Below, one piece after another: positions 18,814 to 29,731 of a stretch of 64,000 nt of DNA. This DNA comes from Kiritimatiellia bacterium. Lineage in GTDB: Bacteria; Verrucomicrobiota; Kiritimatiellia; RFP12; UBA1067. Below the pieces are notes generated by a model that saw only the letters and a program-made list of their open reading frames with translations, was not told the origin of the DNA and did no database searches. The position numbers were made by a program, and so were the translations under genes. The number at the start of each line of letters is the position of its first letter. Position 1 is the first letter of the stretch. Location: positions 64,001-128,000 of the forward strand of contig JBMNFY010000008.1 of assembly GCA_050949565.1 (NCBI GenBank). The letters run 5' to 3'.

Positions 18814-21800
18814 ATGTCCATTGTTGCCCTCACCGCCCGTCTTTTCACACACATGCCGCGCCGCAAGGCTGTCATCCTGCCGCTCTTCGCGGCCGCGCTG
18901 TTCGCAGTGCGTCCGCTCGCCGCCGATGAGGCCGCGCTGCTCCGCCAGCTTGCCGAGGGCACCCCGGCCGAAAAAGACAGCGCGCGCCAAACCCTGCTGG
19001 TCAGCGCCACAGCCGCCGCCATCCCGACGCTCACTGCCCAGCTCGCGCGTCCCGAGACCTTCGATAGCGCCTGCCTGTTGCTGGAAGCCCTCGGCCTGCC
19101 CGAAGCCGATGCCGCCCTGCGCGCCGCGCTCACCACGCTGGATGGTCGCGAACTGGCCGGTGTGATCGCCGCCCTGACCCGCCGTGCAGACACCGCCGCC
19201 GAAACCGCGATTCTTGCGCTGGTCGACCGTCCGCAACCGGTGCGTTCCGCCGCGTTGGCGTACCTCGGCAAACTCGCCACCCCCCGCGCATTGGCTGCGC
19301 TGGCCGCCGCACCGCAAGACGCAATCACGGCCGATGCCATGCTCGTAGCCGCAGAGACGTTGCTCGCACGCGGCGACGAAAAGCAGGCCCTCGCACTCTA
19401 TGCACGGGTCTCGGACGACACCCGTCTGGCGGATCATATCCGGCTGGCCGCCTTTTGTGCACGCGTCACCGCTGACCCCGACCGCGCGCACACGCTGTTG
19501 CCCGCCGCATTGAACCATGCTTCGGCAGTGTGGCGTGGCACTGCCGCCCGCCTCACCGCCCAACTCCCGGACAAGCTACTGAAACGGCGTGGCGAAGACT
19601 TGATGAAAGCACTCGAACCGCAGGGTCGCCTCGCTGTCGTGCAGGCGCTGGTCCATGCCAAGAAACGCGCCGGTGCACCGCTGGTGCGTGCCGCGCTGAA
19701 AGACGGTCTTGATGCGCCCTCCCGGTTGGCAGCCGCCGCCGGACTCGGCGATATCGGCGATGCCGATGACGCGGACGCGCTGATCGCACTGCTCGGCCAG
19801 ACGGACGACGCGCTGGCGGATGCGGCGCGCATGAGCCTAATCAAGCTGGACGACCCCAAGACCGACGCCCGGATCGCGAAAGCGCTTGCGCGGCGCCCGG
19901 CCAACGACGCCGCCCTCACGCGCCTACTGGGCGTCGCGGCCTTCCGCAAAACACCGCGCGCCGCACCGGCCATCGCTGAACACCTCGCGGCCACCGCGCC
20001 AACCGTGCGCACCGCCGCGTTCCAGGCGCTGACCGAACTCGCGACCGACAAACAGATCCCGGCGCTCGTCGCGGCCTTCTGCAAAGCCGTCGATCCCCAA
20101 GAACGGCGCGCCGCTGAAAAGGCGCTCATGGCCTGCGCGCGCCGCGAACCTGACGCGACCACCGCCGCCATTCTGCCGTTGTTCGCCGGAGCCGATGCCG
20201 AACGCCGCAGCAGCCTGTTGCAAGCGACCGGCTTGGCCGGCACGCCTGCCGGGCTGGAGTTGATCCAACGCGCCGTGGACGACAGCGAACGCGCCGTGGC
20301 CGATGACGCCGTGCGCGTACTGGCTAACTGGAAAGAGAAGACCGCCGCCCCCAAGTTGTTGCAATTGGCTAAAACCTATCCCAACACCAGTCTGCGCGTA
20401 ATCGCGCTGCGCGGTTATATCCGGCTGATCGATCAAGAGCAGGACCAAGCTGGTCGCGCCACCATGTTGCGAGAAGCCAGCGCACTGGCCACGCGGACGC
20501 AGGAGAAGGCCCTCGTCGCAGGTGCTTGGCGCACCGTGCCCACCCCCGAGGCGGTCGCCGCGCTCACACCGATGCTGGACGATCCCGCGCTTAAAACCGA
20601 GGCGCTCAAGTCTCTCAAAGTCATCGCACTGCACACCCCCGTGGACGTGCCGGACAAAGCGCCAGGCTCTTTGCTCACACCGCTGACCTTTGTGCCGCGC
20701 CGCATCGGCACCTACCGCTCAGAAGCCTGCTGCGTAGCCGATTTCAACGGTGACGGCAAACTCGACATCGCCGCCGGCCCCTACCTCTACCTCGCCCCCG
20801 ACTGGAAGGCCGTGCGCATCCGCACCGTTTCCAGCAACGTCGGAGAGGATGGCAAAGGCTACGCCGATGACTTCTGCAACCTAGTCGTCGATGTCAACAA
20901 GGACGGCAAGCCCGATATTCTGGCGGCCTGCTGGTTTTCGAAAACCTCCTACTGGTATGAAAACACACTGGGCAGTTCCAAAGAGCTGTGGCCCGAGCAT
21001 GTCATTGACCCGCTGGGCAACCACGAAACCGGCACGCTGGTCGATATCGACGGCGACGGCAAAGCGCTGGAGTTTCTGCCTGATACGGGTGTGACCGTCT
21101 GGTACGAACCGGGCACGCTGACCAACGGCCAGCCCGGCTACGTGCGCCACACGATCTCCATGGACAAGTCGCCGTTCGGCACCGGCGTCGGCGACATCAA
21201 CGGCGACGGACGCCCTGACGTGATCCGGCCCAACGCCTGGTTCGAGGCGCCGAAAGACATCCGTAAGGACACATGGAAGAAGCACCCCATCGCCTTGGGC
21301 GGCAAAGACGGCAAAGTCGAGCACACCGCCAACATCATCGTCTTCGATGTCAACAAAGACGGCCTGAACGACCTCATCACCAGTGTGGCCCACAAGTACG
21401 GCATCTTCTGGTACGAGCAGCAGCGCGATGCATCCGGCACCATCTCTTGGCGTCAGCATCTGATCGACGACACCTGGACGCAGCCGCACTATCTGGCGTT
21501 CGCCGACATCGACAACGACGGCAACAAGGAAGTCATCGTTGGCAAGCGTTTCATGGCCCACAACGGCGGCGACCCCGATGCCTTCGGTAAGCTGTGCGTG
21601 TTCTACTACCGTTTCACTCCCGGCCCGAATCCGGTCTTCCGCAAGCATGTGGTCACCTACGATGAGGGCGTCAGCGCCGGCCTCAACATCGTGCCGGTTG
21701 ACATTGATGGCGATGGCGACATCGACCTCATCACCACCGGCAAATGGGGCGGTCCTGTGATCTACGAGAACCGGATGACCGAGTGGGTTTCCGACGACGA

Positions 21801-22290
21801 ACGCCGGGCCGCACTTGGAGTCAAGCCCACTGTCCCCGAGCCGCTGCCGGTCGACAATCTGGCGCTCGCCTCGCGCGGTGCCAAGGCCTCATCCGACAGC
21901 GAACTGCCCGGCAACACCGGATGCACCGCGCGCCTCAACGACGGCAAACGCAGCACGCACTCCGACTTCCCCGCGACCCGCTGGCACTCTGCGCTCACGC
22001 CGATGCCCCACTGGGCCGAGATCAAACTCGCCAAGCCCGCCGCCGTGCGTCGCGTTATCGCGCATTTTGCCGATCCCAACGGCTATGCCACGGCGTTCGA
22101 GATCCAGGTCAAAAAGGGAGACGCATACACGACCGTCTACAAGACCGACAAAAACCGCGACGGCAAGTCGGTCAACGTCACCTTCGACCCGGTGCAGACC
22201 GACACCGTGCGCTTCGTGTTCAGCGCCAATGCCAACCCCGCCTACCCCAACGCCGCGCAACTCAGCGAACTCGAAGTCTACGCAGAGTGA
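18814..22290 (+). CDS. HEAT-repeat / FG-GAP (VCBS) propeller / F5-8 type C fusion protein
   Basis: Ala/Leu-rich HEAT-like N-half; repeated DxNxDGxxD motifs; C-terminal NLA...ASSD...RW.S...ELEVY domain. Confidence 0.85.
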   Translation: MSIVALTARLFTHMPRRKAVILPLFAAALFAVRPLAADEAALLRQLAEGTPAEKDSARQTLLVSATAAAIPTLTAQLARPETFDSACLLLEALGLPEADAALRAALTTLDGRELAGVIAALTRRADTAAETAILALVDRPQPVRSAALAYLGKLATPRALAALAAAPQDAITADAMLVAAETLLARGDEKQALALYARVSDDTRLADHIRLAAFCARVTADPDRAHTLLPAALNHASAVWRGTAARLTAQLPDKLLKRRGEDLMKALEPQGRLAVVQALVHAKKRAGAPLVRAALKDGLDAPSRLAAAAGLGDIGDADDADALIALLGQTDDALADAARMSLIKLDDPKTDARIAKALARRPANDAALTRLLGVAAFRKTPRAAPAIAEHLAATAPTVRTAAFQALTELATDKQIPALVAAFCKAVDPQERRAAEKALMACARREPDATTAAILPLFAGADAERRSSLLQATGLAGTPAGLELIQRAVDDSERAVADDAVRVLANWKEKTAAPKLLQLAKTYPNTSLRVIALRGYIRLIDQEQDQAGRATMLREASALATRTQEKALVAGAWRTVPTPEAVAALTPMLDDPALKTEALKSLKVIALHTPVDVPDKAPGSLLTPLTFVPRRIGTYRSEACCVADFNGDGKLDIAAGPYLYLAPDWKAVRIRTVSSNVGEDGKGYADDFCNLVVDVNKDGKPDILAACWFSKTSYWYENTLGSSKELWPEHVIDPLGNHETGTLVDIDGDGKALEFLPDTGVTVWYEPGTLTNGQPGYVRHTISMDKSPFGTGVGDINGDGRPDVIRPNAWFEAPKDIRKDTWKKHPIALGGKDGKVEHTANIIVFDVNKDGLNDLITSVAHKYGIFWYEQQRDASGTISWRQHLIDDTWTQPHYLAFADIDNDGNKEVIVGKRFMAHNGGDPDAFGKLCVFYYRFTPGPNPVFRKHVVTYDEGVSAGLNIVPVDIDGDGDIDLITTGKWGGPVIYENRMTEWVSDDERRAALGVKPTVPEPLPVDNLALASRGAKASSDSELPGNTGCTARLNDGKRSTHSDFPATRWHSALTPMPHWAEIKLAKPAAVRRVIAHFADPNGYATAFEIQVKKGDAYTTVYKTDKNRDGKSVNVTFDPVQTDTVRFVFSANANPAYPNAAQLSELEVYAE

Positions 22291-22316
22291 GTGAGACGGC
22301 GACCCCCTAGCAAACT

Positions 22317-22479
22317 CAACTGCTGTTTTAGGCTAAACGAACGAGGCTCTTGCTCCCCCGTGGCATGGGCGTCCCGCCCATGAAACACGGGCAAGATGCC
22401 CGTGCCACGACACCTGCAAGTAAACCTAAAAACGGCAGTTGGGCGTACGGATTTTGAGCAAAGCCGCGTAAACATTGGT
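22317..22479. repeat. Composite of MITE A ends (facing outward) around a partial MITE B/REP doublet
   Basis: CAACTGCTGTTTTAGG at 22317-22332; GAGGCTCTTGC plus REP at 22343-22408; CCTAAAAACGGCAGTTG... at 22425-22479. Confidence 0.8.
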
Positions 22480-23115
22480 TCAAACCGCGCGGCGGCGCGG
22501 AATGAGCGGGTGGAGCCCATAGATCTCGCGTTCGATCGTCTCGACGACCCGCACGCGCGACGTTTCATCTAATGCCAGCGGCCACGCCATCAGATTGGAC
22601 GGCTCGGTCGCCTTGCCCACGTAGGGCGGCAAGGTCACGGAACGTCCACAGTAGTGGAACCCCAGACGTTGGTAAAAGGAGACACGGCGCGCCGCATAGA
22701 GGTCAGTGCCAAACGGCTCCACGTCGAGCACGACGGGACCGCCTACATGGCACTGCACCGCGCGTAACGCCTGCTGACCGAGACCTGCCGACCGGAACGC
22801 GGCACCAATCGCCACATGCTCGATAAAGCAGAAACCGGGCAACGTCCACATGCCGAGCACGCCCACCACCTCTTGGCCGCGCAGGATGGCGGAAAAGCGG
22901 TAGCGCGGCTGGCGCATCACCTTCAGATGTTCAAACAACGAGCGGCGCTCAAAATCAGCGAACGACTCGGTGTAGATAGACCAGGCTTTTTGAAACATCT
23001 CGCCTTCAGGGGCGAGGTGTGAAGAAAACCACAATCCACCTTGGTGGAGAGGTAGGTCCATTTGACCTACCATCGAGCAGACCTCACAGGGTCTGTCAGA
23101 TGCTGTAATATTCAT
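22480..23115 (-). CDS. GNAT family N-acetyltransferase
   Basis: FIEHVAI...RSAGLGQ motif A; VLDVE, RRVSFYQRLGF. Confidence 0.85.
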   Translation of the reverse strand: MNITASDRPCEVCSMVGQMDLPLHQGGLWFSSHLAPEGEMFQKAWSIYTESFADFERRSLFEHLKVMRQPRYRFSAILRGQEVVGVLGMWTLPGFCFIEHVAIGAAFRSAGLGQQALRAVQCHVGGPVVLDVEPFGTDLYAARRVSFYQRLGFHYCGRSVTLPPYVGKATEPSNLMAWPLALDETSRVRVVETIEREIYGLHPLIPRRRAV

Positions 23116-23339
23116 AGGCTCGCCGCCTCGCAAGCGATGCGGCGATTAGCCAACTCACTTCTTCTCGTGTCGGTTTGTATCCGGCGATACGCCGGTACCA
23201 GCAACCGGTATCTCTGGTCAACGACCGTTACGAAACACCTTTCGGTTGCATCACGATGGAGAGTAGTGTACGCCTTCCCCACTGGCTTGACAAGCGGGAA
23301 AAGAAATCAGAAAGCAGAAAGTCAGGGATGGCCGCGGCG

Positions 23340-25426
23340 TCAGCGAAGAAAAATCATGGTGCCATAGTTGTTGATGGCCTCGGGGGTGCCCAAAACAGCG
23401 AACACGGGATCGTACTGCGTCGCGTAGTCCGCCGCCACCCAGTCGACACTCTGCGCGGCCCACTGGAGGCGCATCTCATCAAGCCACCCCCTCCAAGCAT
23501 TGCCTCCACTCACCATTCTTCCGAGACGCAACGGGTTGACGGAGTTCGTCAGCGCGTATCCTCCAGCCTTCACACCGCCCGCCGTCTGACCGTTCACGTA
23601 GAGTTGTGCGTTGCCGTTCTCCATCACGGCGGTAACGTAGACGAACGCCGCGTTACAATCCGCCTGCCCCCGCACGACATTTTGCACGTTGCCACACCCA
23701 ATCACGTTGTAGTTGGTCGTTTCATTCTGAAGCGTCAACTCAAAACCGGGGATATCCGTGTGGTCTGTCTTGCACGAGAAGATACGGCTGTAGTAGGTGC
23801 CTGCGGAGAGAGTTGTCTTCACCCAAGCGGAAAGTGACACGTTGCGTCCCAGCAGATCGGCCCACTTGTCATCCTTCGCCACCTCCACATGGGCCGCCCC
23901 GCCGCTGTAGAAGGCCGTTCCCACAATACCGGCATCCGTGAAAGTGGGCGCTGTGGAAGAGTTCGCCACGGACAGCGCATTCGCCGAGGAGTCCTTGTTC
24001 GAACCGGAGAAGTGCCACACACCCCGATAGCCTGCACTCTTCCACACATCGCCCGCCGAGACCGCCGTCGATGTCTGCCCGCGGTGACGATAGTACAGGA
24101 AAAGCGAAGTGACCGTGCCCGCAAGACGCGGCACCCGCACCCACACGAGCGACTCCCCGTTCGGATTCCACACGTCAATTTCATGCGGAACGAGCCGATC
24201 CTCCGCATCCGCAAAGCGGATGTCGCTGCCATCTGCCGCGCAGTCGTGGTAGAGAGGCGAACCGGCAGGAATACGTACCAGCGCCGGGAAGTTCGCAAGC
24301 GTCTCGACTCCCGCATAACCGGAGAATGTCACGGCAAGACGCCGCCTGAAGTTCTTCACGTCCAATGTCGTTGCGGGCTCCAACTCCTCAAGCGCGCCCA
24401 GAACCGCAAAATTGGGATTGTGCTGCGTCGCATAGTCCGCCGCTACCCATCGGCACTCGATGCAGTCCACCGGAGGCGCACCTCGTCGAGGGTGCCGTTC
24501 CAACACTGGTTACCCCCGGCACGATGCGAATTGCCGCCCACGCCGATTCCCATATCCGCTTGAATCACAGTATACCCCGTATCCACGATGGACGCCTCCA
24601 CGAGCGCCCCGTTTACGTACAGACGTGCGCCGCCGTCGCGGTAGACAGCGGTCAGATGGACGTAATCCTCCGTGAGGCTGGGGACTTCCACTATTTTTTG
24701 TTTGTTGGTTGGGCCACCCATCATCACTTTATTGATGGCATTCTGCATCGTCAGTTCAAAACCCTTTTCCTCAGTATGAACAGACTTGCTGGAGAGGATT
24801 CGCCCATGGCCGACCGCATCGGCCTTCACCCAGGCGGAGTAGGCGAAGTTCGTTCCCTCGAACCCCTCCCAGATGGCCATGGGCGTCATGAAGTATTTCT
24901 TGCCATCACCGTTGAATGCTGTCCCCACCGGTCCCGCCGCCGTGAATCCAGGCGCCGGAGATGAGTTCGTTCCCGTGAATTTGTTGGTGGTGGACTCCGC
25001 GTTGGAACCGGAGAAGTGCCACACCGCATGGTACGACGTCCACACCTCGCCTGACGTACTCTGCAAGGGCGGCAGACCGCCCGAGTAGAGCGTGAGTGTC
25101 GTCGTCAAGCCCGTGAGTTCCGGCACGCGTACCCACACAAACGACTCGCCGTCCGGATTCCATACGTCGATCTCGTGCGGTGCCAGATTGCCAGCGGCAT
25201 CGGCAAAACAGATGTGTCGTCCGTCCGGACTATCCGCGTAGATTTCTGAATTCGCAGGAATGCGCACGAGCGCCGGGAAGTTCGTGAGCGTCTCGGCCCC
25301 CGCATAACCAGAGAACGTCACGGTACAGCGGTGGAGGAAAGTCGAAGTATCCAACTCCACGGACGATGCCGCACCAGCGAATCCGATCGTTGCCAACGCA
25401 CAGGCGAGCCCTAACTTTTTCATCAC
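23340..25426 (-). pseudogene. Tandem DUF2341-LamG secreted protein split by a 1-bp frameshift near 24449
   Basis: Two homologous NFPALVRIP...PHEIDVWNP...WVRVP modules; GCC GAT GGG TAG restores to ..D-W-V-A-A-D-Y with one added base; ends GTMIFLR. Confidence 0.8.
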
Positions 25427-25468
25427 AACCTCCTTCTCCTCTTATCGCTTCTCGGTTACCCCGAGGCA

Positions 25469-26833
25469 TTATTGCTTGCCGAACGCGATGTCGGCGAAAT
25501 CAAGCATCCATAGCCAATCGTATCCTGAAATACCGTGCCCACCGCCGCGCCGCACGTAGCCGAGGTGGGTGCCGATACGGCCGGTGTCGTAGTTGGCCGG
25601 GAAGTCACCCGCCGGCAAGCCGGGAAGCCCGAGGAACTCCCATGCGGGAGAGGCCGCGCGGCAGGCGAGGAACTCGCCCTTCGTATCGAACCATCCCTGA
25701 TTGAATCCCTGTACGAGGATACGGCGCGGCGCGATCGCTGCCACGAGAAGATGCTGGTCGAACTTCATCGCCTGCTCGTTGTCGATGTACTTGCCGTAAG
25801 CCTTGCAGTACCAATGATGGAACATGCTCATCTCGGTGGAGACGTTCTCACCGAAGTCGCGCTTGGCGAGAGGCACGCCGCCGCCACCGGTCTGGTTGGG
25901 AACGCACACGGCGAAGCGTTCATCGCGGACAGCGGCCAGAAGGGCGGTCTTTGCCAAACGAGAACAGCCGGTGGCCACGGACTTCTTCGCATCGATCTCT
26001 GGAATACGTTCGGCAAGGTCAAGCCCGCGCGAAAGCGCCCAGGCCCACGCGCCTAATGCCGTCGTATTATCGTCCTTCGCGGGATCGCGTGGCGGCCACA
26101 GGGTGAAGACGCCGGTGTAAGCCAATTCGCGAGGGGTGCCGCGCTTGACATCGTGCTCCTCCACGTCAGGCGAGATCTGTCCGTAACATGCGCTCATCAC
26201 GGCATATCCGCGGGCGAGGATGGTTTCAAGCGGGCACTGCGACGTCTCATCGGTGTTGCGCAATCTGCCGCGTGATTTTTCTAATTCCGATTTTTGCCAG
26301 ACATGGCCGTCTGCACCACCACTGCGCAACCACATGCCTTCGGCGAGGACGATCTGCGGATCTGTGGCCAGTTCATGGTTCCCGCGGTAGTTGAGGAACA
26401 GCACAACGGGCACCTTCTTCGTATTCTCACAAACGGGGACGTTTCCATCCTTCTTTGCCTTCGTCTCCTGTATGTGGTTCGGCAGAAACACGATCCAATC
26501 AATCACCGGACCGGATTTGTCGTCACGGAACCACATCTTGTACTGGCGGCGAATGCCGAGGCCCGCGAGGGTCTCGCCCTCCTCGATCAGTTCGGTCTTC
26601 ACGACCTCCGGCGGCGGAGGCGGCTGTCCGTACATCTCACGGGCGAAGATGTCCAGTATCTCACGGCGGCGGGCAGGCCACTCCGCCGCCGACGCCAACT
26701 TGCGTCCGTCCGCGAATGTGAGCGGATCCTCCAGCGTGTACGGGGCCACCTTTGCCTCATCATAGTTCGGCGGACGGGCCATGACCATGCCCGCCAACGC
26801 CACTGTACCAGCCACTATCACTCTCTTCATCAT
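25469..26833 (-). CDS. CE15-type glucuronoyl esterase-like alpha/beta hydrolase
   Basis: NYDEAKV.PY.L.DPL, AWAWALSR, GCSRLAK catalytic Ser motif, DQH.L.A.IAPR. Confidence 0.85.
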   Translation of the reverse strand: MMKRVIVAGTVALAGMVMARPPNYDEAKVAPYTLEDPLTFADGRKLASAAEWPARRREILDIFAREMYGQPPPPPEVVKTELIEEGETLAGLGIRRQYKMWFRDDKSGPVIDWIVFLPNHIQETKAKKDGNVPVCENTKKVPVVLFLNYRGNHELATDPQIVLAEGMWLRSGGADGHVWQKSELEKSRGRLRNTDETSQCPLETILARGYAVMSACYGQISPDVEEHDVKRGTPRELAYTGVFTLWPPRDPAKDDNTTALGAWAWALSRGLDLAERIPEIDAKKSVATGCSRLAKTALLAAVRDERFAVCVPNQTGGGGVPLAKRDFGENVSTEMSMFHHWYCKAYGKYIDNEQAMKFDQHLLVAAIAPRRILVQGFNQGWFDTKGEFLACRAASPAWEFLGLPGLPAGDFPANYDTGRIGTHLGYVRRGGGHGISGYDWLWMLDFADIAFGKQ

Positions 26834-27094
26834 CTTCCCCCTTCGGTCTCGTCGCAGAACGTAAATCAGGCTACGCTCCATCCCGGCCTCATGCGTGCAT
26901 GCGTCCCTTTACCGCAATAACACACAAGGAGTATACTTCACTACGCAGCCATTTTCAAAGCACTAATGAACTAACCAAATCCCTGCTTGAGCCCCGGCCG
27001 TTTCCTGCTATACTCTACGATGTACTAAATGGTGTTTAGCCTACTGCGGGTGGACTGTGTGTCTGCCGCCCGGGGGCCACAAAGAGGGAGAGTC

Positions 27095-28456
27095 ATGAAA
27101 TTGCTGAAGATCAACCGCCGTCATTTCGTTAAGTCCGCCACCGCTGGTGCCTCGCTCGCTGCCCTGCCCGGCATCCTGAAGGCCCAGCAAGCCCCATCGC
27201 AGAACGTGGTTGGCGCCAACAGCCGCATCAACGTCGCCTGCGTCGGATACTCTGATCGCTTCAGAGGCGCCTTGCTGCCGTCGTTCATCAAATGCAAGGA
27301 CGAACTGAATTTCGACATGGTCGCGCTGGCTGACCTCTGGAGCGTGCGCCGCGAAGAGGGCAAGGCCGGCATCGAAGAGAAAATCGGCCACAGCATCGAC
27401 GTTTACAAGAGTGACGAAGAGCTTTACGAGAAGGCGAAGAACGTTGATGCGGTGATCATCTCCACCGCCGACTTCCAGCACGCCATGCACACCGTGCATG
27501 CCGTTAATGCCGGCAAGGACTCCTTCACCGAGAAGCCGATGGCTGAGGACATGGACGCCGCCAACGCCGCGCTCGATGCCGTCAACGCTGCCCGCAAGGC
27601 CGGCAACCGCGGCGGGGCCATCGTGCAGGTCGGCTCACAGCGTCGCAGCGGCCAGGCTTACCACATCGCCAACGAGTATATCCGCTCCGGCAAGTTCGGT
27701 GACATCACCTACGTGGACCTCTGCTGGAACGTCAACCAGCCCCAGCGCTGGCGTCGCGGCGACCTGCCGTCCAAGCTGAAAGAGGCTGACACGGATTGGA
27801 AGAAATGGCTGCTCGACCGCCCGATGGTCGCATTCGACCCGCGCAAGTATCTTGAGTTCCGCCTTTTCTGGCCCTATTCGTCGGGCATCCCGGGGCAGTG
27901 GATGTGCCACCAGATCGATACCGTCGCCTGGTTCACCGGTTTCGAGTTCCCGCGCTCGGCCATGGCCGATGGCGGTCTGTATGCCTGGAAGGACGGACGC
28001 CAGAGCGCCGACACCTTTACCGCCATCTTCGAGTACGGCCCGGACAATGATCCTGACAAGGGCTTCCAAGTCGTATTCAGCTCGCGCCAGCACAACGCGG
28101 CGCGCGGCAACGTCGAGAAGTACCATTCCAAGATCGGCACCATCGACCTGATCAAAGGCACGGTCTCCAACGAGGGGGTCGAGCGGGCCAAGCTCGAGAC
28201 CACCAAGCTGTCCGAATCCGAAGCAGCCTCGACCGCCGCGAACACCGGCGCGGGCAGCATGGAAGTGGCGCACATGCGCAATTGGATGGAGTGCGTCCGC
28301 TCGCGTAAGCAGCCGAACGCCCCGATCGAGGCCGGCTACAGCCACGCAGTGGCTTTGATCATGTCCAATGCCTCGATGCGGACCGGCATGCGGGCGACCT
28401 TCGACCGCGCGCGGCGTCAGGTCATCGCCGGCGGCAAGGTGTTTAAGGGATATTGA
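27095..28456 (+). CDS. Tat-exported Gfo/Idh/MocA oxidoreductase
   Basis: NRRHFVK Tat motif, EKPMA, QVGSQRRS; upstream TTGAGC-16-TATACT with TG extension. Confidence 0.93.
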   Translation: MKLLKINRRHFVKSATAGASLAALPGILKAQQAPSQNVVGANSRINVACVGYSDRFRGALLPSFIKCKDELNFDMVALADLWSVRREEGKAGIEEKIGHSIDVYKSDEELYEKAKNVDAVIISTADFQHAMHTVHAVNAGKDSFTEKPMAEDMDAANAALDAVNAARKAGNRGGAIVQVGSQRRSGQAYHIANEYIRSGKFGDITYVDLCWNVNQPQRWRRGDLPSKLKEADTDWKKWLLDRPMVAFDPRKYLEFRLFWPYSSGIPGQWMCHQIDTVAWFTGFEFPRSAMADGGLYAWKDGRQSADTFTAIFEYGPDNDPDKGFQVVFSSRQHNAARGNVEKYHSKIGTIDLIKGTVSNEGVERAKLETTKLSESEAASTAANTGAGSMEVAHMRNWMECVRSRKQPNAPIEAGYSHAVALIMSNASMRTGMRATFDRARRQVIAGGKVFKGY

Positions 28457-28465
28457 GCGTGAACG

Positions 28466-28498
28466 CTCACCGCTGAACGCCGGGCGTTCAGCGGTGAG
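28466..28498. other. Intergenic hairpin built from heptamer units
   Basis: CTCACCGCTGAACGCC-G-GGCGTTCAGCGGTGAG; no T tail. Confidence 0.6.
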
Positions 28499-28517
28499 GT
28501 GACGGAGGACTTTGACC

Positions 28518-29399
28518 ATGCGTTTCACACGGAGAAAGTTTATGCAGCACACCCTCTGCGCGGCGGCCGCAGCTTCAACCTGCGCGACCCGCGCAGCCGA
28601 CAAGCAGGGAAGAATACTGTTCGGTGTCTGCACCAGCTATAGCAGAGCGGAGCAGTTGAAGGCCATCGGCTACGACTTCATTGAAAGCGGCGTCAGCGGC
28701 ACCTTCAAGCCCACAATGTCGGATGCCGACTATGAAGCCGAACTGGCCAAGCTCAAGCAGTCGGCCTTGCCGTTCCGCTCCTGCAACGGCTTTATTCCCG
28801 GCACGTTCCGGCTCACGGGCCCCGAGACTACGCACGACACAGCGCTCGAGTATGCGGTCACGGCCTGTCGTCGCGCCGACCTGCTCGGCGTACCCTACAT
28901 CGTCTTTGGTAGCGGCACCGCGCGCAAACTTCCGGACGGCTTCGACCCCGTGAAGGGCAAAGAGCAGTTCATTGATTTTTGCCGCAAACTCGGCGACCGC
29001 ATCCAGAACCTGAAAGTCACGATCGTTTTGGAGCCGCTCAACAAGGGCGAGACCAACCTCCTCAACTCGGTGACCGAAGGCATCGAGTATGTGGACACGA
29101 TCGCCCGCCCGCGCATCCAGCTTCTGGCCGACTTCTATCACATGATGAAGGAAAACGAAGGCCCCGACGCCATCCGCAAAGCCGGCGCCCGTATCCGTCA
29201 CTGCCACATTGCCGAGCTTGAGGGCCGTAAAGCCCCCGGCACCAAAGGCGAGGATCTGAGCGGCTACTTCAAGGCGTTGCGCGATATCGGCTACACCGGC
29301 GGCGTCTCCTGCGAATGCGGCTGGCCCAAAGAGAATATCGAAGAGGCCTGGAAGAAAGCACTCGCGACCATGCGCCAGCAAGCTGGTCAAGAGGGATGA
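28518..29399 (+). CDS. Sugar phosphate isomerase/epimerase (AP_endonuc_2 TIM barrel), Tat signal
   Basis: TRRKF; LEPLN..ETN, ADFYHM, HCHIAE, SCE motifs. Confidence 0.9.
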   Translation: MRFTRRKFMQHTLCAAAAASTCATRAADKQGRILFGVCTSYSRAEQLKAIGYDFIESGVSGTFKPTMSDADYEAELAKLKQSALPFRSCNGFIPGTFRLTGPETTHDTALEYAVTACRRADLLGVPYIVFGSGTARKLPDGFDPVKGKEQFIDFCRKLGDRIQNLKVTIVLEPLNKGETNLLNSVTEGIEYVDTIARPRIQLLADFYHMMKENEGPDAIRKAGARIRHCHIAELEGRKAPGTKGEDLSGYFKALRDIGYTGGVSCECGWPKENIEEAWKKALATMRQQAGQEG

Positions 29400-29414
29400 A
29401 CGCTCAACGCTCAA

Positions 29415-29687
29415 CCTAAAAAGAGCAGTTGAGCATGCAGATTTTGAGCAAAGCCCCGTAAACATCGGCTTCCGTTGAGATCCGCGCCGCACCTATTTGG
29501 TGCAGAACGCCATTTCTGATTGGAACCACGGAACACGCTAAACACACGGAAACAGAGCCATGCCTTTCCGTGTGTTCGGTGTGTTCCGTGGTTAAACAAT
29601 CGATCCCGATAGCGATCCCGATCCCGATTTGGATCAAACCACGAAACCTTGAAACCAAAGAGGGGTGAAGGCTCAACTCTTTTTAGG
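29415..29687. mobile_element. MITE A, inverted copy
   Basis: Reverse-complement homology to 14921-15203; right TIR has a 3-nt deletion; flanks CTCAA/ATTAC do not match. Confidence 0.85.
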
Positions 29688-29731
29688 ATTACTGTCTGCC
29701 TCTTGACATTTCGGATAAATGCCCTTATTTT

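Noticed and set aside
23116-23292. About 150-nt leader of the GNAT gene (after TTGTCA-17-TACACT) as a riboswitch or leader peptide
   Set aside because: Some hairpins, but I could not match a known riboswitch consensus or a credible start codon.
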